64,000 nt of DNA from a virus. A program made the position numbers and the translations under genes. The stretch spans positions 7,798 through 71,797 of the IMG/VR virus record IMGVR_UViG_3300043777_000056; one strand, given 5' to 3'. Shown piece by piece: positions 26,898-36,451 of this stretch (within the stretch, counting starts at the first letter, position 1; each line of letters opens with the position of its first letter). The notes beneath the pieces were generated by a model. That model was not told the origin of the DNA. It saw only the letters and a program-made list of their open reading frames with translations, and searched no databases.

Positions 26898-27667
26898 TAA
26901 GCAACACGAGCTTGCTCGCCCTTGACTACTTCAAGGCCGGGAATTTTTCCGGCGTGCGGGCCCTTGGCAAGACGGTTCAAGAGTCTCTGGCCTATCTTGA
27001 TCTCGGCCAAATCTTCTGGCGGAAGAGTAACCGCAGCCCATTTCAGGAATTCGCGCTTCGTATCCCCATCATCAACCTTTCCAGTAACCTTGGTTACTAG
27101 GCCGGCGCCTCCGTCGATGGTACCGAGTACGCGAGTCTTGGTGGGGCCCTCGGACACAATCATATCGGTCATGCGCTCCAGTTCTTCCGCATCAGCCTCT
27201 TCGCCGGCCGCGCGCAGTGCGTTGGCTAGCTTCTCTGACTGTTCTTTCTGAGCTGCAACCTCGGCGGCCTTTTCCTTCGCAACACGGGCCTCTTCTGCCT
27301 TTAGCCAAGCGGTGAGTCGTGGCTCGACCACGGCCTTGACGGCCTCAAGCCTTTCTATCTCTGTGTCGAACTTCCCCTTGATCAGACCCTTCATCTCATC
27401 CAATGGACGAGTAAAGGTCAGCCGTACTTCATCCGCTTCGGCAATTTGAGTAACGAGTGCCTTGATGAAGGTGGTAGCGTCCTCGGCATTCTTCCGAGAA
27501 GCCAAAATCTCTGGGACGCGCTCAAGGACGTCCTCAGCCTTGTTAGCATGGATACGAAAGCGCTCGACTTGCCCTCGTATGTTTCCTGCGGTGTTGACGA
27601 GACTTTGGCATTTGCTGACGATTGCATTCAGTGATTCCGTGTCTATATTGATCAGATCCTTGGCCAT
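26897..27667 (-). CDS. Coiled-coil protein of the recombination module
   Basis: AGGAG RBS; FTRPLDE...IPGLEV pattern resembling proteins found beside phage annealing genes. Confidence 0.65.
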   Translation of the reverse strand: MAKDLINIDTESLNAIVSKCQSLVNTAGNIRGQVERFRIHANKAEDVLERVPEILASRKNAEDATTFIKALVTQIAEADEVRLTFTRPLDEMKGLIKGKFDTEIERLEAVKAVVEPRLTAWLKAEEARVAKEKAAEVAAQKEQSEKLANALRAAGEEADAEELERMTDMIVSEGPTKTRVLGTIDGGAGLVTKVTGKVDDGDTKREFLKWAAVTLPPEDLAEIKIGQRLLNRLAKGPHAGKIPGLEVVKGEQARVA

Positions 27668-27675
27668 AACGTCTC

Positions 27676-28368
27676 CTAATGGAACACATCCGGGATACCG
27701 GAATGGACGACCAGCTTACCCGGTGTTGAGAACTTCTGCAACTCAAACATCGTCTTGAAGCGCGCCAGATTGATCTCGAAGGTCTTGTGCATATCTTCGT
27801 CCAGGGGGACATCTATCATACACAGCCGCATATCCGCCGGAACGCGCGGATCATAGCTGGCATAGATGATCTTCTTCTTCCCCGAGATCCAGGCTTCCCA
27901 TTGAACCTGCGCATAGTAGGTAGCAGACATCTGGCTATCCAGAATTGTCTTCATGTGATTCTTGCTGAGGAATGGACACTTCACTTGGATGGTGACGTCA
28001 TCCACTATATAGCCATCTGGGGTGGCGCCGGCATAGTCGTATTCTGGATGAAGGACCAGCCCAGGCTCTATTAGGCGGCAGCCGAATGTACGGCTGATCG
28101 CATCAAGTGCTTCAGCTTCGTGATCATTCCCCCATTGCATCGCCATGTTCTTGAATGGCTTATGTTGCCACTCAGGACTGATCTCGTAACGCAACTCATC
28201 GTTCAAAGAGAGCCACGCCCTGGGACTGGCTTCCTCGATAATCTGCGCGCGCGTGCTTGCGGTGATGCGCCCGCGCCGGGCCTTAAACCATTCCGGCGTT
28301 AGTGCTTTTGGCGGAGACTTACGCACTACAATGCCGGGTACCGGGAGAGATGATACCCAATCAATCAT
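27676..28368 (-). CDS. YqaJ / lambda-exonuclease-family recombination nuclease
   Basis: EWFKARRGRITAS, AMQWGNDHEAEA, GATPDG, QVKCP, YYAQVQW, SYDPR. Confidence 0.9.
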   Translation of the reverse strand: MIDWVSSLPVPGIVVRKSPPKALTPEWFKARRGRITASTRAQIIEEASPRAWLSLNDELRYEISPEWQHKPFKNMAMQWGNDHEAEALDAISRTFGCRLIEPGLVLHPEYDYAGATPDGYIVDDVTIQVKCPFLSKNHMKTILDSQMSATYYAQVQWEAWISGKKKIIYASYDPRVPADMRLCMIDVPLDEDMHKTFEINLARFKTMFELQKFSTPGKLVVHSGIPDVFH

Positions 28369-28568
28369 GGATATATGCCTCCCCAAATGGAGGGAGCGTG
28401 CGGATCTGGCCTCTCTTCCGTCAGCTTGTCCAGGAGACAATGGACATGGAAAACCTCTGATCTGTATTCAACCAAACCAGCGCCGCTATCGGTTCGCAGA
28501 CGATTCAAGCACTGTGGGCACTGGGTAGCTTTAGTGTCATGCAGGGTTACCCACTTCCACTTGCTCAC
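28365..28568 (-). CDS. Small zinc-finger protein
   Basis: CPQC...HVHC; GTGA and ATGA couplings. Confidence 0.55.
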   Translation of the reverse strand: MSKWKWVTLHDTKATQCPQCLNRLRTDSGAGLVEYRSEVFHVHCLLDKLTEERPDPHAPSIWGGIYP

Positions 28569-28804
28569 TTGTACCCCATCTTTTCGAGCCCGAGCTTCAG
28601 AAGCTCGAATACCGGGCGTGAGTTTCGTGGCCAATTCTCTATCAAGGCTTCCCTTATAGGTTTGCCGTCGCGACCGAACGCGCGCACGATGTAGTCTCCG
28701 CGAGATTTACTACCGCGCCCGTTATTAGTGATGGTCACTCGACCCAGGTTATACGTTTCCATGTGGTCCCCATGAACCCACATGTCAATGCTTACGTTTA
28801 TCAC
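28565..28804 (-). CDS. Hypothetical protein
   Basis: Coupled ORF with LGRVTITNNG...GDY...WPR pattern. Confidence 0.65.
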   Translation of the reverse strand: MINVSIDMWVHGDHMETYNLGRVTITNNGRGSKSRGDYIVRAFGRDGKPIREALIENWPRNSRPVFELLKLGLEKMGYK

Positions 28805-29082
28805 GCCCCATGATCCTCTGGTCTATTTTGCTTGAAGCGCAGAACCCAATATATCCAGGTAGCGTTCGCAACGGTTATAAACAGGCCTCCAGAGAAGGAT
28901 AGCCACTGCTGTAGATGTGGGTACCAAATACAGTTCCATCCGCCCCACGCCGTGAAGACAGCGGTGGCTGGCCAATACACACCGCGCACAACCTTGTGCT
29001 TCAAAAGGATCTTCACATTCATCCAGGTGAGGATACCTGCCGATACCTCAAACCCGGCGCTTACTGCATCGAACCAGTTCAC
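28801..29082 (-). CDS. Three-helix membrane protein, PQ-loop/SemiSWEET-like
   Basis: Three hydrophobic helices; K-x-VRGV-x-W loop. Confidence 0.55.
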   Translation of the reverse strand: MNWFDAVSAGFEVSAGILTWMNVKILLKHKVVRGVYWPATAVFTAWGGWNCIWYPHLQQWLSFSGGLFITVANATWIYWVLRFKQNRPEDHGA

Positions 29083-29849
29083 TTACGAACGCCCTTAAAC
29101 CCCTTTACCTTCTCGTTTGCCTGTGTCAGCTTGATGACTTTCTTGGTCAATGCGGACGTTATCGCCTCAAAGTCTGATACCTTGAGATCTGCAACGCTCG
29201 TCGCCTCGTAGTACTTTAGGAAGGCATCGGTGTCGGCCTTCGAGCGCTCAAGTAACAGCGTGACTTCAGACTGCTGAACTGCGTTTAAACGCTCCGATTT
29301 GACCGCTTCTTTTACCGGTTCTGATTCCGGACTTTCCTGTTGCTGATCAACATCTTCAGAACGCTCGCGGCGATTTCGTGCCGGTCTTGGTGCCGGTTCT
29401 GCGACCGTATCCTCCGGTGAGTCTGCGTCGGCATCTGGTACGCCCTTGACGGGGATACAGAACGCCTGGATAACGGCGTACTTGTACGCGGCGGAGCTTG
29501 CCTTATTGGTGGCTTTGTCCGCGCTGTCTTGCGCTTCACCGAATGCTCGCACGAGATGATGGGAGCCGTCTTCCGTGCTGACGATATCGAACTCGACTTC
29601 AAGAACGACGTTGAACATCAACGTCCCACTCTTGGTGGGTCGGCTGGTCTCGACACGCCCCACAGCTCGTGGCAATATCAATAGGTTGTGATCCACGAGC
29701 GCTGAACAGAGCGCTTCATACACCTGATCGATGCCACGGAAATTGTAGCCTTGCTGCTGATTGCGGCCGGACTTTCCGATTCCCTCTTGTTTGAGGGCAC
29801 GCATCACATTGAGAATGGCCGGATAAACTTTAGGTGCGGTATCTGACAT
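29079..29849 (-). CDS. erf: ERF-family ssDNA annealing protein
   Basis: YNFRGIDQV, GEAQDSADKATNKASSAAYKYAVIQAFCIP...DAD; AGGAG RBS. Confidence 0.9.
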   Translation of the reverse strand: MSDTAPKVYPAILNVMRALKQEGIGKSGRNQQQGYNFRGIDQVYEALCSALVDHNLLILPRAVGRVETSRPTKSGTLMFNVVLEVEFDIVSTEDGSHHLVRAFGEAQDSADKATNKASSAAYKYAVIQAFCIPVKGVPDADADSPEDTVAEPAPRPARNRRERSEDVDQQQESPESEPVKEAVKSERLNAVQQSEVTLLLERSKADTDAFLKYYEATSVADLKVSDFEAITSALTKKVIKLTQANEKVKGFKGVRK

Positions 29850-29883
29850 GATTACTCCTATTGAAGTTTGGAGCCTATCACTG

Positions 29884-29912
29884 TTGCTCGAAGTTCGCAA
29901 CTAGTGTACAGT
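29884..29912 (+). promoter_or_regulatory. Sigma70-type promoter of the primase-helicase
   Basis: TTGCTC-N17-TACAGT in the divergent intergenic region. Confidence 0.6.
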
Positions 29913-29935
29913 CCGCGCCTTCATTCGGAGTGTGC

Positions 29936-31795
29936 ATGTCACAACTGAAAGCGTCGGAGATAGCAGATCGGTTAGCGGCTCAAGCTGAGAGCGTGGTCCG
30001 AGAACTGCTCCCCGGCGGCAAGGTCCATGGTCACGAATGGTGCGTCGGCTCAATCAACGGTGAGGCCGGCGAATCACTGAAAGTGCAGCTCCAGGGAGAC
30101 CGCGTTGGCAAGTGGAAAGACTTCGCCAGCAGCGAGAAGGGCGGGGATCTATTAGACCTTTGGGCCGCATCTCGCGGCTGCGACATTGGTACAGCCATCC
30201 GCCAAGCCAAGGACTTTCTCGGGATCCGAGATCCTGTTGTCGAAGAAGCTGGTATACGCAAGAGCTACAAGAAGGTCGAGCGCGACAAGAGTATTCGCAG
30301 CGTCTCCAAACATCCGGTTGTGTTGACGTGGCTAACAAAACACCGGCTCACTGACAAGTCCATCAAGGCATACAAGATAGCGGCCAAGGATTCGGACACG
30401 CTGGCCTTCCCCTTCATGCGCTGTGGCGACGATACAGAAGTCGTCCATATGCAGTACAGAACCCTTAAAAAGAAGGGGTTTTGGGCATCAGAAGGGACTG
30501 AGATGATTCTATTCGGATGGCAGGCAATGCCGCCCATGGCGCGCGAAGTGATCATATGCGAGGGAATGAAAGATGCAATGTCGTGGTACGAATACGGCTA
30601 CAATGCCCTATCTGTTCCAGCTGGCGGTGGCGGTAACGGAAAACAGAATGGATGGCTGGCGAGCGAGTACGATAACCTTGCTCGCTTCGACAAAATCTAT
30701 CTGTCTATGGATGCCGACAAGGCTGGGCAAGAAGCGCTTGCAACCATTGTTGAGCGACTTGGACGCCATCGCTGCTTCATTATCAGACTGCCGGAAGGCA
30801 AGAACGACATCAACGACTGCCTGAAGGATCAGGTAGCGCCAGAGATCATCCATATGCGCGTAAAGAACGCGCGCACCCTGGACCCATCCAGTCTGGTCAA
30901 CATCGGTGACTTCACCAAGGAAATCATTGAACAGTTCCATCCGCCGGGCGGAAAGACGCAGGGCATCCTCAGTCCATTCGAGGATCACGTAGGGTGCTTC
31001 GAGTTTCCGCTTGGCGCCACGACCATACTGGTCGGACGCAACGGCGGGGGCAAGTCAACACTCGCCGGCCAGATCATTCTGGATGCCTGCAACCAGAACT
31101 TCAACTGCTGCGTAGCCAGTCTCGAATTTCGTGTTGCCAAGTACGCTAGCTGGATCATCCGCCAAGGTACGTGTGCCAACACACCAAGCCCGAGCCGTAT
31201 TCAGCAGGCCAACGAGAAACTGGCTGAGCATCTATGGGCGTTCAGTCCGGATAGTAAGTCCGGTCACGGCTCCGCTAAGGTGGAGAAGATCATTGAGACC
31301 TTCGAGTACGCTGCTGCGCGCTATGGCTGCAAGCTATTCGTGTTGGACAACTTCTCCAAGCTAGTGTTCAGCGGCAAGGACGAACTAAAGGATCAAAAGG
31401 ATGCGATCACTCTGATCACAGAGTTTGCCGTCCAGTCCAATGTACATGTTCTTGTCGTGGCTCACCCTCGCAAGTCGTCCAGTAGCGACTCAGGAGATGT
31501 CAGCTCCATGGATGTACGCGGGCACGGCGCACTTACAGATCTCCCGGACAGTGTACTGATCCATACGCGCAACAAGCGCAAGGAACTGATGTTCAAGGAT
31601 CGCGCTACATGGAATGAGTTGCCGGCGGATGAGCAGCAGCGTATAAGGAATCAACCGGATGCGTGGCTCAAGTGTGAGAAACAGCGGCACTACAACGGCA
31701 CCGGGGACGGTGAGCCGTTGATACAGCTATACTTTGATCACGAGTCGCGTCAATTCACCAAGCTGATGAACGGAATGCCGAAGGAATACTTGTAA
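29936..31795 (+). CDS. Primase-helicase (TOPRIM + SF4 helicase, T7 gp4/Twinkle-like)
   Basis: IICEGMKDAMS, MDADKAG, KNDIND; Walker A GRNGGGKS; VLDN; VVAHPRK; GGAG RBS. Confidence 0.92.
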   Translation: MSQLKASEIADRLAAQAESVVRELLPGGKVHGHEWCVGSINGEAGESLKVQLQGDRVGKWKDFASSEKGGDLLDLWAASRGCDIGTAIRQAKDFLGIRDPVVEEAGIRKSYKKVERDKSIRSVSKHPVVLTWLTKHRLTDKSIKAYKIAAKDSDTLAFPFMRCGDDTEVVHMQYRTLKKKGFWASEGTEMILFGWQAMPPMAREVIICEGMKDAMSWYEYGYNALSVPAGGGGNGKQNGWLASEYDNLARFDKIYLSMDADKAGQEALATIVERLGRHRCFIIRLPEGKNDINDCLKDQVAPEIIHMRVKNARTLDPSSLVNIGDFTKEIIEQFHPPGGKTQGILSPFEDHVGCFEFPLGATTILVGRNGGGKSTLAGQIILDACNQNFNCCVASLEFRVAKYASWIIRQGTCANTPSPSRIQQANEKLAEHLWAFSPDSKSGHGSAKVEKIIETFEYAAARYGCKLFVLDNFSKLVFSGKDELKDQKDAITLITEFAVQSNVHVLVVAHPRKSSSSDSGDVSSMDVRGHGALTDLPDSVLIHTRNKRKELMFKDRATWNELPADEQQRIRNQPDAWLKCEKQRHYNGTGDGEPLIQLYFDHESRQFTKLMNGMPKEYL

Positions 31796-32502
31796 TGCCT
31801 AACTGGATTGATGAAGTCGTCAACGAAGACAGCCGCGTGTTCCACGCTGGCGAGCTGGAATTCAGTAGCGCGCGGGAGACCGATAGCGGCGGGCGCACTG
31901 TGGTGTTCAATCTAATTCTGACATCGGCGCAGCAGCGTATGGCAAATCCTTTCAGTGTAGCCACCCGGCGGCGAGCCAAGAAAGCCGGTACAAGATTTCG
32001 TCTTTCATTAGTAGCCTCAAATGGTCCATTCAAACAGGGGGAGCAAGACTGGATGGATGAGGTAATGCTATTAGCCTGGGCTGACAGCCCCACCAGAAGC
32101 ACGGTGACGTTCCTGCTTCCTGATGATACCTCTTTGCCACATCCATTCATGCATTGCTCGAAGACGGATCGCTGGATGGCAATCTTCGTAGAGTTGGCAG
32201 ACGACGATACGGTAGTGGATCAGAAGGCCGTCGCTGCGGCAGAGAGCCGCAAGGGAAAGCAAAGCCTGTCCCAGGCTGCCCATGTGCTTCTTGGCAACAA
32301 AGAATTCCAAAACTGGCTGATCGAGCATTATGGCGATCTACCCGATGCCGCTGAGCAGAAGATGGGCACCATCACACCTGAGAAAGTACTGAAGTACCGC
32401 TGCGGAATCGAGTCGAAGTCAGAGCTGGATACCAGTGAGACGGCTGCATACACCTTCCGAAACATACGGGCCAAGTTTAACGAAAGAAACAAGGCCAGAT
32501 AA
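31795..32502 (+). CDS. Hypothetical protein
   Basis: Coupled to the primase-helicase; C-terminal FQNWL...CGIESKSELD motif. Confidence 0.75.
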   Translation: MPNWIDEVVNEDSRVFHAGELEFSSARETDSGGRTVVFNLILTSAQQRMANPFSVATRRRAKKAGTRFRLSLVASNGPFKQGEQDWMDEVMLLAWADSPTRSTVTFLLPDDTSLPHPFMHCSKTDRWMAIFVELADDDTVVDQKAVAAAESRKGKQSLSQAAHVLLGNKEFQNWLIEHYGDLPDAAEQKMGTITPEKVLKYRCGIESKSELDTSETAAYTFRNIRAKFNERNKAR

Positions 32503-32544
32503 TTTTTGAATTCGCGGCGGATCGGTCATGTGTACAGTGGCGCC

Positions 32545-32755
32545 GCGTCTTAGTTGAAAGTCCGCAACCACGGGGTTGTCAGTATGGCGGACACCGGCGT
32601 ATAGCCCAGCAGGGAACTGACCGGATAGTAACCACGGTTACTACCGTTAAGGAGTGGGCACCAGAGCAGGCTCCATCAGCTTGTAATGGGGGCGAACATC
32701 CGGATTGAGTTCCGGGGTTCCCTCCGTCCAGAGACTCACCATCGCTTGTAATTAA
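32545..32755 (+). ncRNA. Candidate structured non-coding RNA or replication origin region
   Basis: No credible ORF. Upstream TACAGT -10 box; stems GTCCGC/GCGGAC and TAGTAACC/GGTTACTA; followed by an AT-rich patch. Confidence 0.35.
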
Positions 32756-32781
32756 TCTAGAGTATGTTCTATAGATACTAT

Positions 32782-32811
32782 TTGACATCTATGCCATTGA
32801 GAGCATATTGT
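32782..32811 (+). promoter_or_regulatory. Sigma70-type promoter
   Basis: TTGACA followed by CATATT (16 nt spacer) or TATTGT (18 nt spacer). Confidence 0.55.
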
Positions 32812-32887
32812 CCTAGCCGGGTGTAACCCGGCGATCATCGTCAGTTAGTTTGAAGTTCAAAGGCACCAGGGGTGCCGGAGTCATACG

Positions 32888-33811
32888 ATGGATGAAGATG
32901 AACAGTATGAGCTGGATTCCGCCTGGGGTCATCAGCAGGAGCTTGAATGCATGTCTCTAGAGACGTGCGAAGGTTGTGGCTGCGAGATAGATCCAAACTT
33001 CTGTCATTGCGGCGAAGCTATCCAGTCGCACAACGCTTACTGGTCTGGTCATAGCCCGGTACCTGCGGGTTGCCAGTGTGGAAGGGAACCTGTAGACTCG
33101 CCGGATGAATCACAGGAGACATCCATGACCTTTCACGATGACATCGACAATATGATTCATGCGCCGGGCATCAAACCGGAAGAATATGCTGCAGCAGCAT
33201 ACCGTCAAGCATTCGACGATCCTCAAGAGTTCGATGAGTTCGATGAAGAAATAGAATCTGATAAGCAGCGCGCTGCCGCATCTTTCCGCGCCAGCGAGGA
33301 TGCCAAGATCACGGCTGTTCTGACGCATCCGGATGACGTCGTGTTGCTAGACTGGGTCTCCATGGGTGTACCAGTGATCCTCAAGCTACCGAAGGATCAT
33401 TGGTTGGCCGAAGGGGTTGACCCCAGTCCTCTGGCGCCATATAGCCTATACGATGACAACGCCGGCCTCGAATGCATTTATTGCGGCGAGCTTGGGTGTA
33501 AGCGCGTAGACCTACATGGTCCAGAGTACGATGCACAACAGGAAGTCGAAGAGTATGAGGAAGCCGCACGAAAAGTGCGATGGCAAACAGGCCGTTTAAA
33601 CGCTGATGAGCGTAATAGCGAGATCACAAGGATAATGCAGTACTACATCGAGGAGGAGCAACGTGTGGTAGCGGCAGATTTCGAGGCTACTAGGGATATC
33701 ATGCAAGATCTGGCAGAGCATCAGGTGAATCAAGGTATCCTGTCGGCAGTGACATTTATCTTCTCACTGGTTGCTACAGTATTCGCAGTCATATCTTGGT
33801 GGCACCGATGA
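32888..33811 (+). CDS. Acidic hypothetical protein with Cys clusters and a C-terminal TM helix
   Basis: GGAG RBS; second in-frame AGGAG+ATG at 33125. Confidence 0.65.
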   Translation: MDEDEQYELDSAWGHQQELECMSLETCEGCGCEIDPNFCHCGEAIQSHNAYWSGHSPVPAGCQCGREPVDSPDESQETSMTFHDDIDNMIHAPGIKPEEYAAAAYRQAFDDPQEFDEFDEEIESDKQRAAASFRASEDAKITAVLTHPDDVVLLDWVSMGVPVILKLPKDHWLAEGVDPSPLAPYSLYDDNAGLECIYCGELGCKRVDLHGPEYDAQQEVEEYEEAARKVRWQTGRLNADERNSEITRIMQYYIEEEQRVVAADFEATRDIMQDLAEHQVNQGILSAVTFIFSLVATVFAVISWWHR

Positions 33812-34272
33812 GCGCTCTTCCAGCAAAGTCCTTCCTTGCGGTACTAGTTACCGGCGGACGTCACTACGATGACGGTACAGCACGCGCCGTCATCTTCCAG
33901 GCGCTGGATAAGATCCATAGCGTCAAACCTATCAACCTGATCATTCACGGGGCTTGCAAGGATCCAAAGACCGGCAAGCTATGCGGAGCCGATTCCATAG
34001 CCCAAGACTGGGCTCTGGCAAACGAGGTTGACTACCAAGGGTGGCCCGCCAAATGGACCCGCTTCGGCAATTCAGCCGGCCCGCGTCGCAATGCTGTGAT
34101 GGCCGTAGCGCTGGCGAGCACGCCGGGCGCCAAGGTGTGCATTGCCTTTCCAGGTAATCGTGGCACTGAAGACATGGTTGACCGCGCTATGAATCTGGAG
34201 GCACGAGGCATCGCGGTGGAGATCTTGCGTATCGAGCCGGATGGTACCGGCAAGGAAGAGGTATCGCTATGA
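33808..34272 (+). CDS. SLOG/YspA-like (DUF2493-type) protein
   Basis: VLVTGGRHY, IIHGA...GADSIA, AGPRRNAVM, AFPGNRGTEDM. Confidence 0.85.
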   Translation: MSALPAKSFLAVLVTGGRHYDDGTARAVIFQALDKIHSVKPINLIIHGACKDPKTGKLCGADSIAQDWALANEVDYQGWPAKWTRFGNSAGPRRNAVMAVALASTPGAKVCIAFPGNRGTEDMVDRAMNLEARGIAVEILRIEPDGTGKEEVSL

Positions 34273-34685
34273 GCTTCGAGATAATCAAGGCGAAAGAGGG
34301 TTTCATTCAGCGCTGGATTCCAATAGAGCATGCTGCTGATGATCCAGAGTGGTCGCCTCGCGTTGTCGATGGTGTTGAGCACGCCATGGATAATGGCTAT
34401 CCGGTAACATTCCAGGGTATGGTCCTATGTGAGAAACGTCAGGTAGAATCAGACGTTGATTCCTACTACAAGCAAGCATTCGAGCGTATCGAGGAGCGTA
34501 AGGAAAATAGGATCATAAACTGGATGAGATATGTGGATAAAGAGCTGGATCTAATCAGCAAATCCATTCGAGTAGAAGTGGTAGAGGGTGTAAAAATTAT
34601 CACGAATGGTCTGTGGGCCATTGGCTTCCTGATAGTTGCCGTCACCGGCTGGTTGACCGCGCTTCTGTATCACATGTCTAAATGA
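34269..34685 (+). CDS. Hypothetical protein with C-terminal TM helix
   Basis: ATGA coupling; hydrophobic C-terminus. Confidence 0.65.
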   Translation: MSFEIIKAKEGFIQRWIPIEHAADDPEWSPRVVDGVEHAMDNGYPVTFQGMVLCEKRQVESDVDSYYKQAFERIEERKENRIINWMRYVDKELDLISKSIRVEVVEGVKIITNGLWAIGFLIVAVTGWLTALLYHMSK

Positions 34686-34957
34686 AGCTACGTGAATACG
34701 CTCGCGGACAGGACTGCCAAATTCGTCTTCCGGGAATATGCAACGGCAATCCCGAGACCACCGTCCTGGCCCACTTTCGCATGGCTGGTATTTCTGGCAT
34801 GGGTATCAAATCCCCTGACGTTCTGGGCGCGCATGCGTGCAGCGATTGCCACGGATACGTTGATACGCACCACGATATCGAGACGCGCCTCAGCTTCCTT
34901 GAGGGAGTCATACGAACGATCAGTCTGCTCATCAGTCGGAGAATACTGAAATGGTGA
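34682..34957 (+). CDS. DUF1364/YbcO-like zinc-binding nuclease
   Basis: ARGQDCQIRLPGICNGNPETTVLAH...GMGIK...ACSDCH. Confidence 0.9.
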   Translation: MKLREYARGQDCQIRLPGICNGNPETTVLAHFRMAGISGMGIKSPDVLGAHACSDCHGYVDTHHDIETRLSFLEGVIRTISLLISRRILKW

Positions 34958-35403
34958 CCCGAGTGCTATCTCCTGGAGCGCTACGCAAGCCGCTTGAGTC
35001 CAAGATACAGGAGCAAGTTTTCGAGTGGTCAAACTATTACTACGTGGCCGGCGTGGAAGGCAAGTTGCGAGACTACATGTTTGCCAACATGAATGGTACG
35101 CAGGTAGCTGGCAATTCAGCTCAACGCGCTCGATACATCAACGCCCTCAAGAAGCGAGGGCTCACGCCGGGTGTCTCTGATATCACGGTGGCATTGCCTC
35201 GCGGCAAGTATCACGGAATGTACCTGGAATTGAAGCGCGACAATAGCTGTGACACTACTGAGGATCAGGATGATTTTCTTGCTCGTATGCGCAAAGTAGG
35301 TTACTATGCCGAAGTTGCGCACAGCTTCAATCAAGCGATTGAAATGATCGCTGGCTATATCTCACTCGGGGAGTTCTATGCGAAAGCTTGTAACCGTCCG
35401 TGA
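34951..35403 (+). CDS. VRR-NUC domain nuclease
   Basis: ESKIQ, GLTPGVSD, GMYLELK, Q..FL..M...GY. Confidence 0.85.
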   Translation: MVTRVLSPGALRKPLESKIQEQVFEWSNYYYVAGVEGKLRDYMFANMNGTQVAGNSAQRARYINALKKRGLTPGVSDITVALPRGKYHGMYLELKRDNSCDTTEDQDDFLARMRKVGYYAEVAHSFNQAIEMIAGYISLGEFYAKACNRP

Positions 35404-36451
35404 AGTCAACGAGGTTCTGCCGATTGAAGGCAAAGACCGTATCGAGCTGGTGAAAGTAGATGGCTGGCAGGCCATCACTCAGAAAGGCCAGTTCACTCCC
35501 GGCCAGCATGCGGTATACATCGAGATCGACGCGCTGCTTCCGCTGGAAAATCCAGCGTTCTCTTTCCTGCGCAAGAAGCCAGATCAGACGCATCACCGAC
35601 TGAAGACCATGAAGATGGGCGGGGTGCTCAGTCAGGGTCTCCTGGTGCGTCTGGATGCGTCGGGCATGGAGCGTGTGTACGAAGAGGTAATGCTTGGTAC
35701 TACCGAGACATTCGATCTGGATACCTTACTAGGTATCAACAAGTACGAACCGCCTGAGACTCCAGAGGAGCGGCGCGGCCTGGGTCGGGTGATCACCTTC
35801 CCGTCGTTCATTCCGCGCTCAGATCAGGAGCGCTGCCAGAACCTTCGCTGCGAGATCATGAAGGCCATCGAGGAGCAGGATGTCTTCGAGGTAACCGAGA
35901 AACTCGACGGCAAGAGAATCACGGTCTACACATTCCCCACGGACGTGAAGTTTGAGCAGATCAAGATCGGTGTGTGTAGTCGCAACCAGGAGATTGACTA
36001 CAATGCCGAATCGCCGGGAGAGTACTGGAAGACAGCTCTCGATGCCAAGCTGGATGAGGTTGCGGTCTATCTGACGCACATCATCGGTGGCCCCGTGGCC
36101 TTACAGGGTGAACTGGTCGGTCCTGGAATACAGAGCAACCGTCAAAAGTTCAACGAGAAGAAGGTCTTCGTGTACGACATCTATTCGGTGCCGCACGCGC
36201 GCTTCCTGAAGCCGCACGAGCGCCATATGCTGTTCGCGCTGGTGAGGTTCAAGCTTGGCCTGGAAGTGCCGGTGGTGCCGGTCATTGTGCTACAGTCATT
36301 CCTGAAGCCGGTAGAGGAATTGCTGGCCGACGTGGAGACCATTGGGCGGCAGGTAGACCATCCTTTTGAGGGTGTTGTCTTCAAGTCGCAGCACACGGAT
36401 CTGTGCTTCAAGGTCATCAACAATTCGTACCTACTTGAACACGGCGAATGA
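35378..36451 (+). CDS. ATP-dependent RNA ligase, DRB0094/Rnl5-like
   Basis: N-terminal OB domain (RKLVTVR...DRIE...VYIEID...LSQGL); motif I TEKLDG; QGELVGPGIQ; EGVVFK; FKVINNSYLL. Confidence 0.92.
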   Translation: MRKLVTVREVNEVLPIEGKDRIELVKVDGWQAITQKGQFTPGQHAVYIEIDALLPLENPAFSFLRKKPDQTHHRLKTMKMGGVLSQGLLVRLDASGMERVYEEVMLGTTETFDLDTLLGINKYEPPETPEERRGLGRVITFPSFIPRSDQERCQNLRCEIMKAIEEQDVFEVTEKLDGKRITVYTFPTDVKFEQIKIGVCSRNQEIDYNAESPGEYWKTALDAKLDEVAVYLTHIIGGPVALQGELVGPGIQSNRQKFNEKKVFVYDIYSVPHARFLKPHERHMLFALVRFKLGLEVPVVPVIVLQSFLKPVEELLADVETIGRQVDHPFEGVVFKSQHTDLCFKVINNSYLLEHGE

